A DNA stretch of 63,381 nt, the filler included, from Reclinomonas americana ATCC 50394 (Eukaryota), in assembly GCA_048213135.1 (NCBI GenBank). It is 8 parts of 3 records of this genome, joined end to end, with 100 filler letters (N's around TTAATTAATTAA, not from the genome) between each part and the next. Parts side by side here need not be neighbours in the genome. Positions count along the whole stretch, not along the records: positions 61,966 to 63,381 come from PS015167.1; 7 more parts are not named here. One strand, 5' to 3'. This document shows, piece after piece, positions 62,023-63,381 of this stretch. The first letter of the stretch is position 1; each line of letters opens with the position of its first letter. The translations under genes were made by a program, and so were the position numbers. The notes below the pieces were generated by a model, which was not told the DNA's origin, ran no database searches, and saw only the letters and a program-made list of their open reading frames with translations.

Positions 62023-63381
62023 GGCCAACTGGGACAAGGAGCGAGACCAGCTTGTGGCGGAGCGCGAGTCCATGGCACAGGCGCACTCGTCGCTGATGGA
62101 GCAAGTCGGTGGCGACATGGCCATGGTGCGCGAGCAACTGGCTGAGCTGGCCAGCGAGGTTTGCATTCTCACCGCTTCAAAGTCGCTTTGATTATTGACT
62201 CATTATCTCTTTAATTGTGCAGCGACGCTCACAATCGGATCGCGCTTCGGATCTGGCGGCCCGACTTGCGCGCAGCGAGGACATTCGGCAGGAGCTGGAG
62301 ACCTCGGTAAGCCGGCTGACGGAGGAGCTGGATCGTGCACAGACCGATGCCGACGACATGCGCGCCATGGTGGCGGATCACGAGGGCGCACTTCTGCGCG
62401 CCTCCACTGAGGCGCAGGTACTGACGTCGCGCTGCGAGAAGTTGGAGCTCTCGGTGGAGACGCTCAAGACGGAGCGCTCCGAGGCTGTGAGCGAGGCGCA
62501 GCTTCTCGAGCAGCAGCTGAATGAGCTGCGCGCGGAGTTGGAGGAGCGGTCGGCGTCGATTGAGAGCCTGCGGCGCGAGTTGCACGAGGTCACCATTCTG
62601 CGCGACCGATTGGTGGAGACGGTGCGTGAGGTGCGCGAATCGGTGGTGCATAACGTCGCCGAGATGGAGGAGCTGCGCGCGAGCGAGGCCATGACGCGCG
62701 ATCTGCTCACCCAGTGTGAACGTGAGCGCGACATGTTGCGGGAGGAGCTGGAGAAGATGAGTGCGTACCAGAAGCCGCTGGCCGACGAGCTCGATCGCGC
62801 CCTCGACGAGGTGCGAGAGCTGGAGGCCAAGTTGGCCGACTCGGAGAACGTGCGCGCACGAGACGCCACCAACCAGGCTCTCACCGTCAGCCGCTTGCGT
62901 TCCGACATTGAGCGACTGCAGGCGGAGAAGGAGGCGGCACTGTCGCCGAACGCCACCTCGCAGCTGCAGTCGGAGGTGGTACGTCTGCGCGACGAGGTGC
63001 AGCGTTTGCGTGCGGAGCTGGCCAGCGCCGAGGGCGAGCTGGAGGACTCTGATCGGCAGCGCAGCCAGCTCACGGCCGCTCTGGAGCGCTACATGGCGCT
63101 GCATGGCGACTCGAACCGTGCCGCCTCCACGCAAGTGCACGAGCTTGAAGTGGAATTGACCACGCTGCGCGAGGAGTTTGCGGCCAAGGAGCAGGAGCTG
63201 CAGCGCCAGTTGGAGACGGCAGAGCAGCGTGCCATGGAGAGTGCCAAGAAGATGATGCGCGCGCAAAAGCAGGCGGCCCTACCGCCACCTGTACCTGCGC
63301 CGCCATCCATCGATGCCGCCACCCTTCGCCAGCTGCGTGATTTGGAAGCTGCGCTGGAGCTTGCGCACTTGCGCGAGGTCG
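62023..63381 (+). CDS. Long coiled-coil protein (partial at both ends)
   Basis: After the intron at ~62159-62222 an open E/L/R/A-rich heptad frame (LEQQLNELRAELEERSASIESLRREL..) runs to the window end. Confidence 0.65.

Overview
Intron-rich, GC-rich eukaryotic (protist-like) nuclear DNA from a draft scaffold. Contigs are joined by N-gaps and seven artificial TTAATTAATTAA linkers, and several small contigs appear inverted. Most introns are about 60-80 nt and genes are tightly packed. Recognisable genes: a TRAF-zinc-finger/coiled-coil/TLDc protein, a DCN1-like protein, MECR, a SMAP-type ArfGAP, CWC15, the 5' end of UDP-glucose dehydrogenase, a VASt-domain protein and PPWD1. There are also two giant cell-surface proteins: one with Ser/Thr-rich Ig-like repeats, and a ~21 kb polycystin-1/REJ-GPS-type gene carrying NHL repeats, ~22 bacterial-style cadherin repeats, PA14 and FN3 domains. 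The main highlights are (1) a spliced, bacterial-type NusG NGN-only gene whose last exon lies on a flipped contig, (2) an intact 5S rRNA gene with an upstream tandem-repeat array inside the last MECR intron, and (3) the modular cadherin-polycystin receptor. Exon boundaries and domain calls were made by eye, so coordinates are approximate.
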